A stretch of DNA of 64,000 nucleotides from Myxococcota bacterium (GCA_049969675.1 JBMFOP010000001.1:32001-96000); one strand, 5' to 3'. Numbered from the stretch's first letter, positions 1 through 10,519 are shown. The notes: a model not told the origin generated them from the letters alone. Program-made: numbers and translations.

Positions 1-191
1 AGAAGTCCGGACAGTTAGAGGATATGTTAAATAATGTGGCTGATACTTACGACTATCAGGTGGATGCAAGGTTGAGTGCACTCACCTCATTGCTTGAGCC
101 TTTTATGATATTGAGTATGGGTGCGGTTATCTTCTTTATGGTTATATCCATATTGCTTCCAATCTTACAGCTTAATGAATTTATTAAATAG
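1..191 (+). CDS. gspF: Type II secretion inner-membrane platform protein GspF, C-terminal part (cut by window edge)
   Basis: Hand translation gives KSGQLEDMLNNVADTYDYQVDARLSALTSLLEPFMIL...ILLPILQL, typical of the GspF/PilC C-terminus; directly upstream of gspG. Confidence 0.9.
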   Translation, partial: KSGQLEDMLNNVADTYDYQVDARLSALTSLLEPFMILSMGAVIFFMVISILLPILQLNEFIK

Positions 192-202
192 GAGGATAAA
201 AG

Positions 203-646
203 ATGTTGAGAGATTTTCAGGAAAGAGAGAGGAGAAGGTCCCTGAATGAGACAGGTATGACACTTCTGGAGATTATGGTGGTAATCACCATAATCGGGAT
301 CGTGATGAGCATTGTCGGAGTCTCAGTTATGAAGCAGCTTGAAAAGTCCAAGAAAGATGCGGCCTGTCTGCAGATCAGAAATTTTGAGGAGGCACTTGAC
401 CACTATAAGCTTGAAAAGGGGAATTACCCCTCTACTGAGGAAGGGCTCGCCGCATTGGTTCAGGCTGGTAAGTTGAAAGGGAAGACAGTTCCCAAAGACC
501 CATGGGGGAGGGACTACATTTATATCTACCCGGGTCAGAATAATCAGGATGGTCCCGACATTGTCTCCTATGGTGCGGATGGGAGAGAGGGAGGGAGTGG
601 AGATGGTGAGGACCTGAACAACTGGGGTCCTCCGTGTGTAAAATAG
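203..646 (+). CDS. gspG: Type II secretion major pseudopilin GspG
   Basis: Prepilin motif GMTLLEIMVV; YPSTEEGL-ALV, KDPWG and SYGADG motifs. Confidence 0.95.
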   Translation: MLRDFQERERRRSLNETGMTLLEIMVVITIIGIVMSIVGVSVMKQLEKSKKDAACLQIRNFEEALDHYKLEKGNYPSTEEGLAALVQAGKLKGKTVPKDPWGRDYIYIYPGQNNQDGPDIVSYGADGREGGSGDGEDLNNWGPPCVK

Positions 647-658
647 ACGGAATATGTA

Positions 659-1321
659 ATGAGACATTGTGAATGTGGAATAACGCTTATAGAGTTTGTT
701 GTGGTAATTGCCATAATGGCATTTGTAATGGGAGTGTCAATTGTGTCACTCAATAATGTAACATCTTCTGATATGCGTTCTGCTGCATCACAGGTCTCGT
801 CTGCCATCAGATATCTTTATAACTACTCTGCGCTCACCTCCAGATATTGTAGATTTGGGGTAAGGTTGCAGGAGAATACATATAGCGTTGAATGTTCGGA
901 TACGCCATTTTATCTCAAGAAGACCCGACTTCAGGTAGTGGGCGATGAGGTAAAGAAGGATGAGGAAGGGGATAAAGATAGGGAGAAGAAATCCAATTCA
1001 TTGTTTGAAGAGCAGGGTGATAAGATATTGAAGGAGCAGAAGGCTGAATTTTTAGAACTCAAATCCCGATTTTTGAAATCAAAGACACTCCCCGGAAGTA
1101 TCTACTTTGATTCAATGATGGTGAGTCATCTAAGCGATAGGATATTTAAGGGGAATGAATATATCTATTTCTTCCCCGGCGGACAGACTGAGAATGCCTA
1201 TATCTATCTCTCCGATACAAAGCAGAATATCTATACAATAAGGTTATATGCATTAAGCGGTAAGGTGGAGGTCATTGGTGGCTTTGTTGAACCGGAAGAG
1301 GAGGAAGAGGAGCAGGAATGA
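659..1321 (+). CDS. gspH: Minor pseudopilin, GspH-like
   Basis: Prepilin motif GITLIEFVVV; position in gsp operon. Confidence 0.75.
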   Translation: MRHCECGITLIEFVVVIAIMAFVMGVSIVSLNNVTSSDMRSAASQVSSAIRYLYNYSALTSRYCRFGVRLQENTYSVECSDTPFYLKKTRLQVVGDEVKKDEEGDKDREKKSNSLFEEQGDKILKEQKAEFLELKSRFLKSKTLPGSIYFDSMMVSHLSDRIFKGNEYIYFFPGGQTENAYIYLSDTKQNIYTIRLYALSGKVEVIGGFVEPEEEEEEQE

Positions 1322-1992
1322 TGACTCAAAAAAGGGAAGAGACTGGTTTTACACTTTTAGAGGTGATGATATCGCTCGCCATCCTCTCTGTCGCCTTAAG
1401 TGCGGTAATAGGTGTAAATATCGGGGCCATGGCAATCACCGGAAAGTCAAAAGGCATAATACTTGCCGCATCTCTTGCCCGTTCAAAGATGTTTGACCTT
1501 GAGGAGGAGCTCCGAATAAAGGGTTTTCCGGACTTTGATGAACAAATGGATGGAGACTTTGATGCCGAAGGTCATTCTGATTATAAATGGGTGGCTCAAA
1601 TAATAAAGATAAAACTCCCACAGTATTCTGCCCCCGAGGATATTGCATCTATGGCACAGCAGAATCGCGATTCAAATTCGCTCGGTATCTCGCCTGCTAC
1701 CATATCTCCAGAGATGTCAGCCGCTATGGCCGGGCTGCCGATGTTTATAAAGCAGATTGAGGATGCCATTAGAGAGGTGAAGGTGACGGTGATATGGCTG
1801 GAGCAGGAGAAGGAGCAGAGCCTGACGGTTACTACTCATTTCGTCAATATACCGGGTATGGAGATGGGAGTTGGGGGAGATATGATTCAACAGATAACAG
1901 GCGGTTCGGGCTCTATCCCTCTGCCATCATCGGGTTCAATGAATCCTTCTGGCTCAACTCCAAAGCTCAATCCGGGAGTTATAACGAGATGA
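1318..1992 (+). CDS. gspI: Minor pseudopilin, GspI-like
   Basis: GFTLLEVMISLAIL prepilin motif; ATGA overlap with previous gene. Confidence 0.75.
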   Translation: MMTQKREETGFTLLEVMISLAILSVALSAVIGVNIGAMAITGKSKGIILAASLARSKMFDLEEELRIKGFPDFDEQMDGDFDAEGHSDYKWVAQIIKIKLPQYSAPEDIASMAQQNRDSNSLGISPATISPEMSAAMAGLPMFIKQIEDAIREVKVTVIWLEQEKEQSLTVTTHFVNIPGMEMGVGGDMIQQITGGSGSIPLPSSGSMNPSGSTPKLNPGVITR

Positions 1993-2642
1993 ATAAGAGA
2001 GGAATGACATTACTGGAGATTATAGTCTCAGTGAGCATTGTTGCCGTTATGGCATCGCTGGTATACGGGAGTGCAAAAAGACAGATGGAGGCAAGGGAAC
2101 TCGCTACGAGGATTGAGGAGAGATACTCAATGGTGAGGATAGCGCTCAGCCGTATATGTCGCGAGGTCTCAATGGCATTTCTCTCAAATCATATATCACC
2201 GGATAAGAGGACTCAGACAATATTTAAGGGCGTAAATGAGAGCCCTATAAATAGACTGACATTTAGCTCCTTTTCACATCAGCGATTGAGGTCGGATGTG
2301 CACGAATCAGACCAGAATGTAATCACTTATTATGGAAGGCAGGATAAGAAGAATAGTTCACTTCTAAACATAATGAGGTATGAGAAGAAGATTATTGATG
2401 ACAAACCCGAGGAGTATCAGGAAGGGGAGGTTCTGGCGAGTGGTGTGGTAGGTCTTAGATTTAGATACTATGATGAGGAGAAGAGGGAGTGGGTGGATTC
2501 GTGGGATACAATGGGTATTGAGAGGGGAAATAAACTCCCCCGATATGTTGAGGTAACTTTAACCATTCTGGATGAAAATGGTAAGGAGATATCCTTCGTC
2601 TCAAAGGCGAAGATTCAGATACAGAGACCGCTCTCATTCTGA
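1989..2642 (+). CDS. gspJ: Minor pseudopilin GspJ
   Basis: Start moved to ATG 1989 (MNKRGMTLLE); FRYYD..W..SWD and LP..VEV.L motifs. Confidence 0.85.
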   Translation: MNKRGMTLLEIIVSVSIVAVMASLVYGSAKRQMEARELATRIEERYSMVRIALSRICREVSMAFLSNHISPDKRTQTIFKGVNESPINRLTFSSFSHQRLRSDVHESDQNVITYYGRQDKKNSSLLNIMRYEKKIIDDKPEEYQEGEVLASGVVGLRFRYYDEEKREWVDSWDTMGIERGNKLPRYVEVTLTILDENGKEISFVSKAKIQIQRPLSF

Positions 2643-2649
2643 GGTAATT

Positions 2650-3897
2650 ATGCAGAGGCTTATAAAATGCAGAGGTTCAAAAGGAATGGCAATGCTCATG
2701 GTTGTAACCATTATTGCCATTCTTGCCACAATGGCTATGGACTTCTCCTATGAGGCTATGATAAATCTGCAGCTTACCTCTACTTATAGAGACGAGGTGA
2801 AGGCGTACTTCCTTGCACACTCGGCGCTGAATATCTCCCGACTGGTAATATTTTATCAGAAGCAGCTGGATTCTATGTTGAAGAGTAATAACCTTGCACA
2901 GGTGTTAGGTGGTAATATCCAGCTCTTCAGGCTTATCCCTATTGATAGCGAATTTACAAAGTCCTTTGCCAGTGGTGAACTCTTCTCATCGCTGGGCTTT
3001 CAGGAGATTAAGGAGGAGAGACCTACCCCTATGAAGGATGTTGAGAAAGATGAGGGAGAGGGGCGGGCATTTGCAGGGAAATTTGGGGATTTTGAAGGAT
3101 ATTTCAAAGCCAGTATAGAGGATGAAGAGTCAAAGATATCTGTAAGAAACTTTGATGCCACCCCGTCTCTTAGAAATTTTGCTATGACACAACTTATGCT
3201 TTTAATGCTACCGCAGCAGTACAATCCAATCTTTGAAAATAGGGATATGGACAATCAATATACAACCCGTGAGGATATAGTGGTGGCACTCAAGGACTAT
3301 CAGGACATAGATGATAAACAGTTTGACCTCCTCACACAGCAGGACATCGGCCCACCTGAGGATCTATTCTACTCGGCACTTGAAAGGCCATATCAGACAA
3401 AGAATGCGCCATTTGATTCTCTTGAGGAGTTAAGGATGGTAAGAGGTGTGGGAGAGGTCTTCTTTCATAACTTTGCAGATAGGCTTACCATCTATCCCAT
3501 AAAGAAATTCAACCTCGCAAGCCTTGACGACAGGATGATTTTGAACATAATCTGTATGTTTATTAAGGACAGGAATCACCCCATCTGCACAGACCCAACA
3601 TATACATCTCAACAGAACCTCCTCAGGCGGTTTCAGGAATATAAGGAGATGAAGATGAGTCAGAACCCGCTATTTGTGGTATCTGTTCAGGATATAAAGG
3701 AATTCTGTAACCTTGAGGGGATTATCCTCCATGATGCAATACTTGGTGTAGGTAAGATGGAGGAGCTGCTCACAATGGAGAGTTCATATTTCAGGATTGA
3801 GACCATAGGAGTTGTAGGTAGTGTAAAGAAACGAATTACCGCAGTAGTATATGCAGATAAATCCAGATCAGAACTTTTGTATTACAGAGAGGATTGA
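2650..3897 (+). CDS. gspK: Minor pseudopilin GspK
   Basis: GMAMLMVV N-terminus lacking Glu5; DEESKI, NAPFDSLEELRMVRG and SSYFRI motifs; RBS GAGG before ATG 2650. Confidence 0.9.
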   Translation: MQRLIKCRGSKGMAMLMVVTIIAILATMAMDFSYEAMINLQLTSTYRDEVKAYFLAHSALNISRLVIFYQKQLDSMLKSNNLAQVLGGNIQLFRLIPIDSEFTKSFASGELFSSLGFQEIKEERPTPMKDVEKDEGEGRAFAGKFGDFEGYFKASIEDEESKISVRNFDATPSLRNFAMTQLMLLMLPQQYNPIFENRDMDNQYTTREDIVVALKDYQDIDDKQFDLLTQQDIGPPEDLFYSALERPYQTKNAPFDSLEELRMVRGVGEVFFHNFADRLTIYPIKKFNLASLDDRMILNIICMFIKDRNHPICTDPTYTSQQNLLRRFQEYKEMKMSQNPLFVVSVQDIKEFCNLEGIILHDAILGVGKMEELLTMESSYFRIETIGVVGSVKKRITAVVYADKSRSELLYYRED

Positions 3898-3899
3898 TT

Positions 3900-5312
3900 A
3901 TGCCAAAGAGATACATTTCGGTGAGATTCGGGAATGAATCTTATTACGCCCTGATAGGGGAGGAGGTAAAGGGTGGTATAAGGATTTTAGAGAAGAGGTC
4001 TATAAAGGTAAATCAGGAGAATCTCTCTGAGAATGGATTTGATAGAGATGCCTTAAAGACACTGTTTCTCAATGCAGATATTTCAGAGCACATCATAGTC
4101 ATCCCTTATTATGATGTATATACAGGGATTGTAGAATTTCCACTTACAGACCGCAAGAAGATTGAGAACGCACTCTCTTATGAACTTGAAAATGAGACGA
4201 TGGAGAGCCCTGAGGATCTTATTTCAGACTACAGAATTATTAACAATGCAGATGGGAAGACGCAGGTAGCATATTTTGCATCCAGAAAAGAGAACATAAG
4301 GAGATTACTTGCTGAGCTCTCAATGATAGGAGTTGACCCAGCCAATCTGGTGGCTTATCAGAATCTCTATTCAGGATTTTACAGATATATATTTGATAAG
4401 AATTCAGATAGGGCAGTAAAGTCAATTCTGGACTTTTCGGATAATATATTGAGTCTATCCTTTCTTGATTCAGATGGATTTGTCTTCGGGAGGGCATTAA
4501 AAGTTGTAGATATAAATGAAGACCTATCTGTTGTAAAGAACTTCATCACCACTACCATTCAATATTACAGGATGCGTGCACATAGAGAAGTTGTAAGTAC
4601 ATATATTGTTGCAAAGGAGGAAGAATTTGAATTCTTCTATAACCTTTTGAGCTCAGAGATAGGACTCAGCACGGTCTCAAAACTGATTGTCAAAGATTCA
4701 GATTCAAACGATATTGAGGCCGAATTTGTGATGCCTTATTCCTCAGTTGTGGCGAGGTCCGAACTCACCAGGAGACAACTCATCAACTTCAGAAAAGACG
4801 AGTTTGTCTATAGAGGAGAGTTTGAGTTCTTAAAGAGACAACTAATAAAATATGGTATTGCCGTGGTGATTATCGTCCTGCTTGCAATTTCACTTACAAT
4901 CTACAAATTAAGGGCGCTCTCAAAGTATGATGAGTTATTAAATAACTCACTATCTGAGGTCACCAAACAGATATTGGGGAAGCCTTATGACAACTTTACA
5001 ACCGCACTCGCCGTCATTAAGAGCAAGACCGAACCGAAGAATCTCTCAATACCTAAGACATCGGCATTTGACTATTTTATGTATTTCTCAGATGCCTTTC
5101 CGACGGAGGTTGATGTAAATATCCGAACACTTGAGATAGGTGATAAGAAGATTCGTATGGAGGGAGAGACTGATTCATTTGAATCAGTGGATAGGGTAGT
5201 AAATGCATTAAAGAAGAATAGTTGCTTTAAGGATATAACAAAAGGGAAGGTCAAGAAATCACCGGATGGGAAGAGGATTGACTTTGACCTTGCAATAACT
5301 CCCTCCTGTTGA
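3900..5312 (+). CDS. gspL: Type II secretion protein GspL (PilM/PilN-like)
   Basis: Large cytoplasmic domain, one TM segment, INFRKDEF motif and PilN-like C-terminus; gene order. Confidence 0.8.
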   Translation: MPKRYISVRFGNESYYALIGEEVKGGIRILEKRSIKVNQENLSENGFDRDALKTLFLNADISEHIIVIPYYDVYTGIVEFPLTDRKKIENALSYELENETMESPEDLISDYRIINNADGKTQVAYFASRKENIRRLLAELSMIGVDPANLVAYQNLYSGFYRYIFDKNSDRAVKSILDFSDNILSLSFLDSDGFVFGRALKVVDINEDLSVVKNFITTTIQYYRMRAHREVVSTYIVAKEEEFEFFYNLLSSEIGLSTVSKLIVKDSDSNDIEAEFVMPYSSVVARSELTRRQLINFRKDEFVYRGEFEFLKRQLIKYGIAVVIIVLLAISLTIYKLRALSKYDELLNNSLSEVTKQILGKPYDNFTTALAVIKSKTEPKNLSIPKTSAFDYFMYFSDAFPTEVDVNIRTLEIGDKKIRMEGETDSFESVDRVVNALKKNSCFKDITKGKVKKSPDGKRIDFDLAITPSC

Positions 5313-5320
5313 GGTGTAAT

Positions 5321-5893
5321 ATGAATAAGAGAGTGGCACAATTGAGAGATTCACTCAGCATATGGTATAACTCCCTATCAGGCAAGGAGAAGACATTTGT
5401 TGTAATATTCTCATCATCACTCTTTGCTGTGATGGTGGCATTTATAATAATTTTCATATCTTCTACAATAAATAGTCGATATACGGAGATAGAGGAGAAG
5501 GAGAAGAAGTTGAGGGAGATTATAGAAAATAAAGATAAATACAGAGAGGCAGAGCAGGCACAGAAGGTATTTGAACAGAGGCTGAAGGGAAATAATGTGA
5601 ATCTATTCTCTTTTGTTGAGGAGATATCCAGAAGACTTCAGATAGATATATCCGATATGAATGAGAGGGAGAGTCCGGTCCAGAAGGGAGATAAGATAAA
5701 AGAGCAGACGCTGGAATTGAATATCTCAAAGATCCCGATGGACAGGCTTGTGGATTTTATGAAGGAGATTGAGAAGGGGCAGTATCTGGTAAAGATAAAG
5801 AAGCTCAAGATAAATACGAGATATGAGAAGGAGAATAGGACTCTCAATGTAAATATGATTGTAGCCACATATAAGTCAGTAACCAGGGAATGA
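5321..5893 (+). CDS. gspM: Type II secretion protein GspM
   Basis: W..LS.KEK followed by TM and coiled coil; gene order. Confidence 0.8.
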   Translation: MNKRVAQLRDSLSIWYNSLSGKEKTFVVIFSSSLFAVMVAFIIIFISSTINSRYTEIEEKEKKLREIIENKDKYREAEQAQKVFEQRLKGNNVNLFSFVEEISRRLQIDISDMNERESPVQKGDKIKEQTLELNISKIPMDRLVDFMKEIEKGQYLVKIKKLKINTRYEKENRTLNVNMIVATYKSVTRE

Positions 5894-5899
5894 TATATT

Positions 5900-6781
5900 A
5901 TGAAGATAAAGAATATTCTTATTTATGCAGGTTATGTTCTGGCATTCTTTATAAGCCTTTATATTTTTGTCTATCTTACACTTCCAGATGAGAGGATAGC
6001 GAAGTTCTTTGTTGATAGATATACTGCCATTTATGGTGTGAATATAACCTACAGGAGTGCAGGGATTACTCCTTCTATGAATATCCTCTTAAAGGAGGTA
6101 GAACTTATGATAACGGATATCCCGCAGAAGATAAAGCTTGATAGAGTAGAGGCTGGAATCTCCTTATCTGGTTATCTCTTTGGTACAAAGCCACTTATTT
6201 TAAAGGCAGAAATCTCGGGCGGAAGTATCAGGATAAATGCGGGTGCGAAGAAGGAGAAGATATATTTATCGCTCAATGTCTCAGATTTAGATATTATGAA
6301 AGTGGATTTTATAAAAGATAAGACGGGACTTAATATAAAGGGTCAACTGAATCTCCAGCTGGATATTAAATATGATCAGAAAGAATCAAAGAATAACAGT
6401 GGGAGTATATCAATTGAGATAAAGGGTTCAGAGATAAAAGGTGGAAAGGTTATGGGTTTTGAGATCCCATCTGTAAATACAGGAGATATTAAAGGAGAGA
6501 TAGATATAAAAGAGGGGAAATTTAAGGTATCAAACTTTAAATCAAAGGGGAAAGATGTGGAGTTGAGGCTCTCGGGTGAAGGTGGATTCCTATCGCCGCC
6601 ATCCAGAGGGAATCTCAATCTCTCACTAAGGGTCAGGCCATCACAGGGATTTATTGATAGAGAGGAGAAGCTCAAGACGGTCCTCTTCGGGATCGGTAGT
6701 TCACTTGATAAGGAAGGCTTTTACAACTTCTCAATTAAAGGTACCCTCTCAAATCCAGCATTTAATATAGAGAAGAAATGA
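5900..6781 (+). CDS. gspN: Type II secretion protein GspN (deltaproteobacterial type)
   Basis: N-terminal TM ending YLTLP, beta-rich body, C-terminal GTLSNP; last gene of the operon. Confidence 0.75.
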   Translation: MKIKNILIYAGYVLAFFISLYIFVYLTLPDERIAKFFVDRYTAIYGVNITYRSAGITPSMNILLKEVELMITDIPQKIKLDRVEAGISLSGYLFGTKPLILKAEISGGSIRINAGAKKEKIYLSLNVSDLDIMKVDFIKDKTGLNIKGQLNLQLDIKYDQKESKNNSGSISIEIKGSEIKGGKVMGFEIPSVNTGDIKGEIDIKEGKFKVSNFKSKGKDVELRLSGEGGFLSPPSRGNLNLSLRVRPSQGFIDREEKLKTVLFGIGSSLDKEGFYNFSIKGTLSNPAFNIEKK

Positions 6782-6804
6782 CACAGACCATAATTGATAA
6801 ATAA

Positions 6805-7110
6805 TCACATCTGTCCAAAATAATTTTTTCATTGAAGCCATAAGATATTTAATCTTTAAGAGGGGCTTTATATGAATATGGATTGCAGCAGTTTTTGACA
6901 AATCCTACAGATAGACCCTTTAAGACCCCACCAATTGTGCCTGATGTAGGGAAACCAACATTGAAGGTTACAAAAGTTGGACAGCATTTAGAAGAAATTA
7001 TATTGAAGAAAAGTGGGCAACCCGATCTTTAAAATGTGAATTTATCCATACAAACCCCTTATTTTACAAATAGTTAAATTCTCAAAGGAGATTGTTTTGG
7101 ACAGCAGTGA
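6805..7110 (+). mobile_element. Internally deleted IS4-family-like element (MITE), copy A, about 306 bp
   Basis: Imperfect terminal inverted repeats TCACATCTGTCCAAAATAAT / ATTGTTTTGGACAGCAGTGA; interior joins a decayed transposase N-terminus (MNMDCSSF*QILQI) to a C-terminus (PFKTPPIVPD...KVGQHL); homologous to copies at 45835 and 54673. Confidence 0.8.
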
Positions 7111-7786
7111 TATTTAACGACTATTTTTCCCAACTTTATAACAAAAGTTATCAACTGCAAATAGAGAGAAACCTTTTGAGTAAATATAGTATTCTGGATG
7201 TGCTAATAAACATAAGTGGGAAGTTTTTAATCCACTTAATAGCGCCTGAAATAGCCAGACAAACGAGGAGATTAATAGAAAAAACAGACCATCATATTAC
7301 TTAAAAATTGGGAAGTTAGGGCTTAAATTTTTCCTCTATTGCTCTGGTCTATAAAGTGTTATACAGGGCTCTCTAGAGGGATTCAGATATAATTTTATAA
7401 GCTTTTAATATGGCATAAGGTAGATTACAACAACCACAGACTTATAAAAGTCTATTATGATAATGATATTGGCAATGATGAAATCGCGGACGATTATATA
7501 GAATCTATCTATAAATCACTGAGAGATGCAAGGTATATGAACAGGTGCTTATAGAAGATGGATATGTGCAAAAGATTTAGATGATTTTTTGTAGATACTG
7601 CCAATGAAATTAACAAACTTTTGGATTTCTTAATCGTAACTTCTTTAAGGCTTACATTAAAATTTGTGCATATGTGTCAAAATGGATATATTAAAATGTC
7701 TGGATAAAAGTGAGTAAATGTCTGTTTTTTTACTTTACTTTATTGTTTTGTTTTTTTATTTATCAGAGAGTTGTAAGGGAGTTTTT

Positions 7787-9004
7787 ATGTTTATCTCATC
7801 TTTTGGAATGACAGATGTAGGGCGGAAGCGTCCTCACAATGAAGATAATTTTTTTGTGGATAATGATAATAAGATTTATATAGTTTGTGATGGTATGGGC
7901 GGGGCAAATGCCGGGGAGGTCGCATCCAGAATGGCGGTTGATATAATAAGTGCAAGGATGAGGGAACGGATTGATGAGATAAGGGAGTTGAGCTCAGAGA
8001 ATACATTTGATTCAAAACAGAAGATAAAGACAATTATAAGTGATGCTGTATCCGAGGCGAGTCTTAAGATATTTGAGATTGCATCAAGAGAGGAGAGTAA
8101 GAAGGGGATGGGGACGACCCTGGTGATGCTGATAATCTGTGGAGAGAACGCATTTGTTTCAAATGTAGGAGATAGCAGGGCATATCTGATAAGGGATAAT
8201 CAGGTCTATCAGATAACCGAAGACCATACTCTTGTTCAGGAGCAGCTCAAGAGGGGACTTATTACACCCGAGGAGGCAAAGAATGTAACTTATGGGAATG
8301 TAATTACGCGGGCGGTGGGTGTTATGGAATCAGTTATGGTGGATACTACCCACATAGAACTGATGGCAGGTGATATATTCCTCCTCTGCACAGATGGCCT
8401 GCACGGATATACAGAGGATAAGGATGTGCTATCATTTATAACCTGCTCTACCCTTGAAGAGATGGCGAACTGTGCAATAGAATTTGCAAACAGAAGTGGG
8501 GGTAAAGATAATATCACAGCGATATTTGTAAGGGTCTCCACAGAGCTCAAGACCGAGGTCCCGGCATCAGATAAGATTAATCTCCTCAAGTCAGTAAGAC
8601 TGTTCAAATACTGCTCATATCAGGAGATTATGAAGGTCCTATCAGTTGCAACGATAGAGACATTTGAAAAGGATGAGATTATACTTATGGAGAATGAGCC
8701 CGGGGAGGAATTTTATATCATCCTATCTGGAGAGGTGCTGGTTAAAAGCAACAGTAAGCCAATCGCTACATTGGGAGTAGGGAAGCACTTTGGAGAGATG
8801 TCTCTTATTGACCTTGCACCGAGGTCAGCCTCTGTAGTCACCACTCAGCCCTCCAAATTAATCAAGATCAAGAGAAAGGACTTTGTAGCCCTCATTAAGG
8901 AGGATACACATCTGGGTATCAAGTTGTTGTGGTCATTCTTGCAGGACCTTTCGGATAGGTTGAGGATTACAAATATTGAATTGATAAAACACCTGAGTCA
9001 GTGA
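7787..9004 (+). CDS. PP2C-family Ser/Thr phosphatase fused to a C-terminal cyclic-nucleotide-binding domain
   Basis: TDVGRKRPHNED, DGMGG, VGDSR, CTDG and DN motifs; C-terminal FGEMSL...PRSA cNMP motif. Confidence 0.9.
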   Translation: MFISSFGMTDVGRKRPHNEDNFFVDNDNKIYIVCDGMGGANAGEVASRMAVDIISARMRERIDEIRELSSENTFDSKQKIKTIISDAVSEASLKIFEIASREESKKGMGTTLVMLIICGENAFVSNVGDSRAYLIRDNQVYQITEDHTLVQEQLKRGLITPEEAKNVTYGNVITRAVGVMESVMVDTTHIELMAGDIFLLCTDGLHGYTEDKDVLSFITCSTLEEMANCAIEFANRSGGKDNITAIFVRVSTELKTEVPASDKINLLKSVRLFKYCSYQEIMKVLSVATIETFEKDEIILMENEPGEEFYIILSGEVLVKSNSKPIATLGVGKHFGEMSLIDLAPRSASVVTTQPSKLIKIKRKDFVALIKEDTHLGIKLLWSFLQDLSDRLRITNIELIKHLSQ

Positions 9005-9135
9005 GGAGAATGGATTGATTTTACTCTATCAATTGTGTGAAATATAATTGTTATATTTTGCGAGACAGAAGATCGATTTTTATATTTATTTGCAACTTTT
9101 TGAGCAGTGATTAATCTAAATAGATTGGAGGAGAT

Positions 9136-9549
9136 ATGGCATTTAAGGTCACATGGAAAAAAGATATGTTATTTGAAGGGGAGAGTCCAGAAGGGCATAA
9201 GGTAATGATGGATACCTCAAAGGAGCATGGAGGGAGTGATTCAGCCGCTGCTCCGATGCAACTTGTTCTACTTGCACTTGGCGGTTGCACAGGTATGGAT
9301 GTAATAGCAATCTTAAGAAAGATGAAGAATATCCCCGAGGAATTTTATATGGAGATTGAATCTGAGAGGGCACCTGAGCACCCGAAGGTTTATAAGAAGA
9401 CCAATATAAAATATGTCTTTGTTGGGGATTTGAAAGAGGAGAATGTAAAGAAGGCTATTGAATTATCTCAGACCAAATACTGCTCGGTCTCTGCTATTTT
9501 GAGAGGAGTTGGTGAAGTAAATTATAGTTACGAAATAAAGAGGAGGTAG
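9136..9549 (+). CDS. OsmC/YhfA-family protein
   Basis: ALGGCTGMDV and KYCSV two-Cys motifs. Confidence 0.9.
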   Translation: MAFKVTWKKDMLFEGESPEGHKVMMDTSKEHGGSDSAAAPMQLVLLALGGCTGMDVIAILRKMKNIPEEFYMEIESERAPEHPKVYKKTNIKYVFVGDLKEENVKKAIELSQTKYCSVSAILRGVGEVNYSYEIKRR

Positions 9550-9553
9550 GCAG

Positions 9554-10519
9554 ATGGAGTTTCATCTTTCGGGGACGAAGAATAAAAGTGTATCTAATGA
9601 TATTAAAAATCTTATTATCTTAGGTGGTGGTCCTGCAGGTCTTACAGCAGCCATTTATGCAGCAAGGGCTATGCTAAGCCCTCTATTGATTGAATCCGGT
9701 GTGATGGGGGGGCAGGCAGCGATTACTGATATTCTTGAAAATTATCCCGGTTTTCCAGAGGGTATAAACGGTGCGAGGCTCACCTCATTATTTGAGGCTC
9801 AGGCAAAGAAGTTTGGCACCGAAATTATTATGGATGATATTGGTAAGATAGAGGTAGTAGATGATATTATCTTGCTTAAAGGGTATAATACAGAATATCG
9901 AACAAAGGCTCTAATTATAGCAACTGGTGCCTCTTATAAGAGACTCGGTGTAAAGGGGGAAGAGGAGTTTATTGGCAGAGGTATATCATTCTGTGCAACC
10001 TGTGATGGCGCATTTTTCAAAGATGCAAAGATAGCGGTTGTAGGTGGTGGTGATTCAGCAGTAAAGGAGGCGATATTTTTAACCCGATTTGCAAGCGAGG
10101 TCTATATAATTCATAGGAGAGATGAACTCAGGGCTGAAAAGATTATTCAGCAACAGGCATTTTCAAATCCCAAGATAAAGTTCAAATGGAGTACTGTTGT
10201 GGAGGAGTTTTTAGGGGATGAATCTGGGATAAAAAAACTGAGATTGAAAGAGCTCAAGAGCGGGAATATCTATGAAGAGGAGTTTGAAGGTGCATTCATC
10301 TTTATTGGTCATAGACCCAATACAGAGTTATTCAAGGGCATTGTTGATATGGATGAGAATGGCTTTATTATTACAGATGAGAATATGAAGACATCACAAA
10401 AGGGTATATTCGCGGCCGGAGATGTGAGGAAGAAGGGTTTGAGACAGGTAATTACTGCTGCCGCAGATGGTGCCATCGCTGCCTTTATGGCTGAGGACTA
10501 TCTGAGCCATTCTAAATAA
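9554..10519 (+). CDS. trxB: Thioredoxin-disulfide reductase
   Basis: GGGPAG, CATCDG active site, GGGDSA, HRRD, AAGD. Confidence 0.97.
   Translation: MEFHLSGTKNKSVSNDIKNLIILGGGPAGLTAAIYAARAMLSPLLIESGVMGGQAAITDILENYPGFPEGINGARLTSLFEAQAKKFGTEIIMDDIGKIEVVDDIILLKGYNTEYRTKALIIATGASYKRLGVKGEEEFIGRGISFCATCDGAFFKDAKIAVVGGGDSAVKEAIFLTRFASEVYIIHRRDELRAEKIIQQQAFSNPKIKFKWSTVVEEFLGDESGIKKLRLKELKSGNIYEEEFEGAFIFIGHRPNTELFKGIVDMDENGFIITDENMKTSQKGIFAAGDVRKKGLRQVITAAADGAIAAFMAEDYLSHSK

Noticed and set aside
7092..7304. 70-aa ORF from the track
   Set aside because: Starts inside the IS inverted repeat and has no recognisable features
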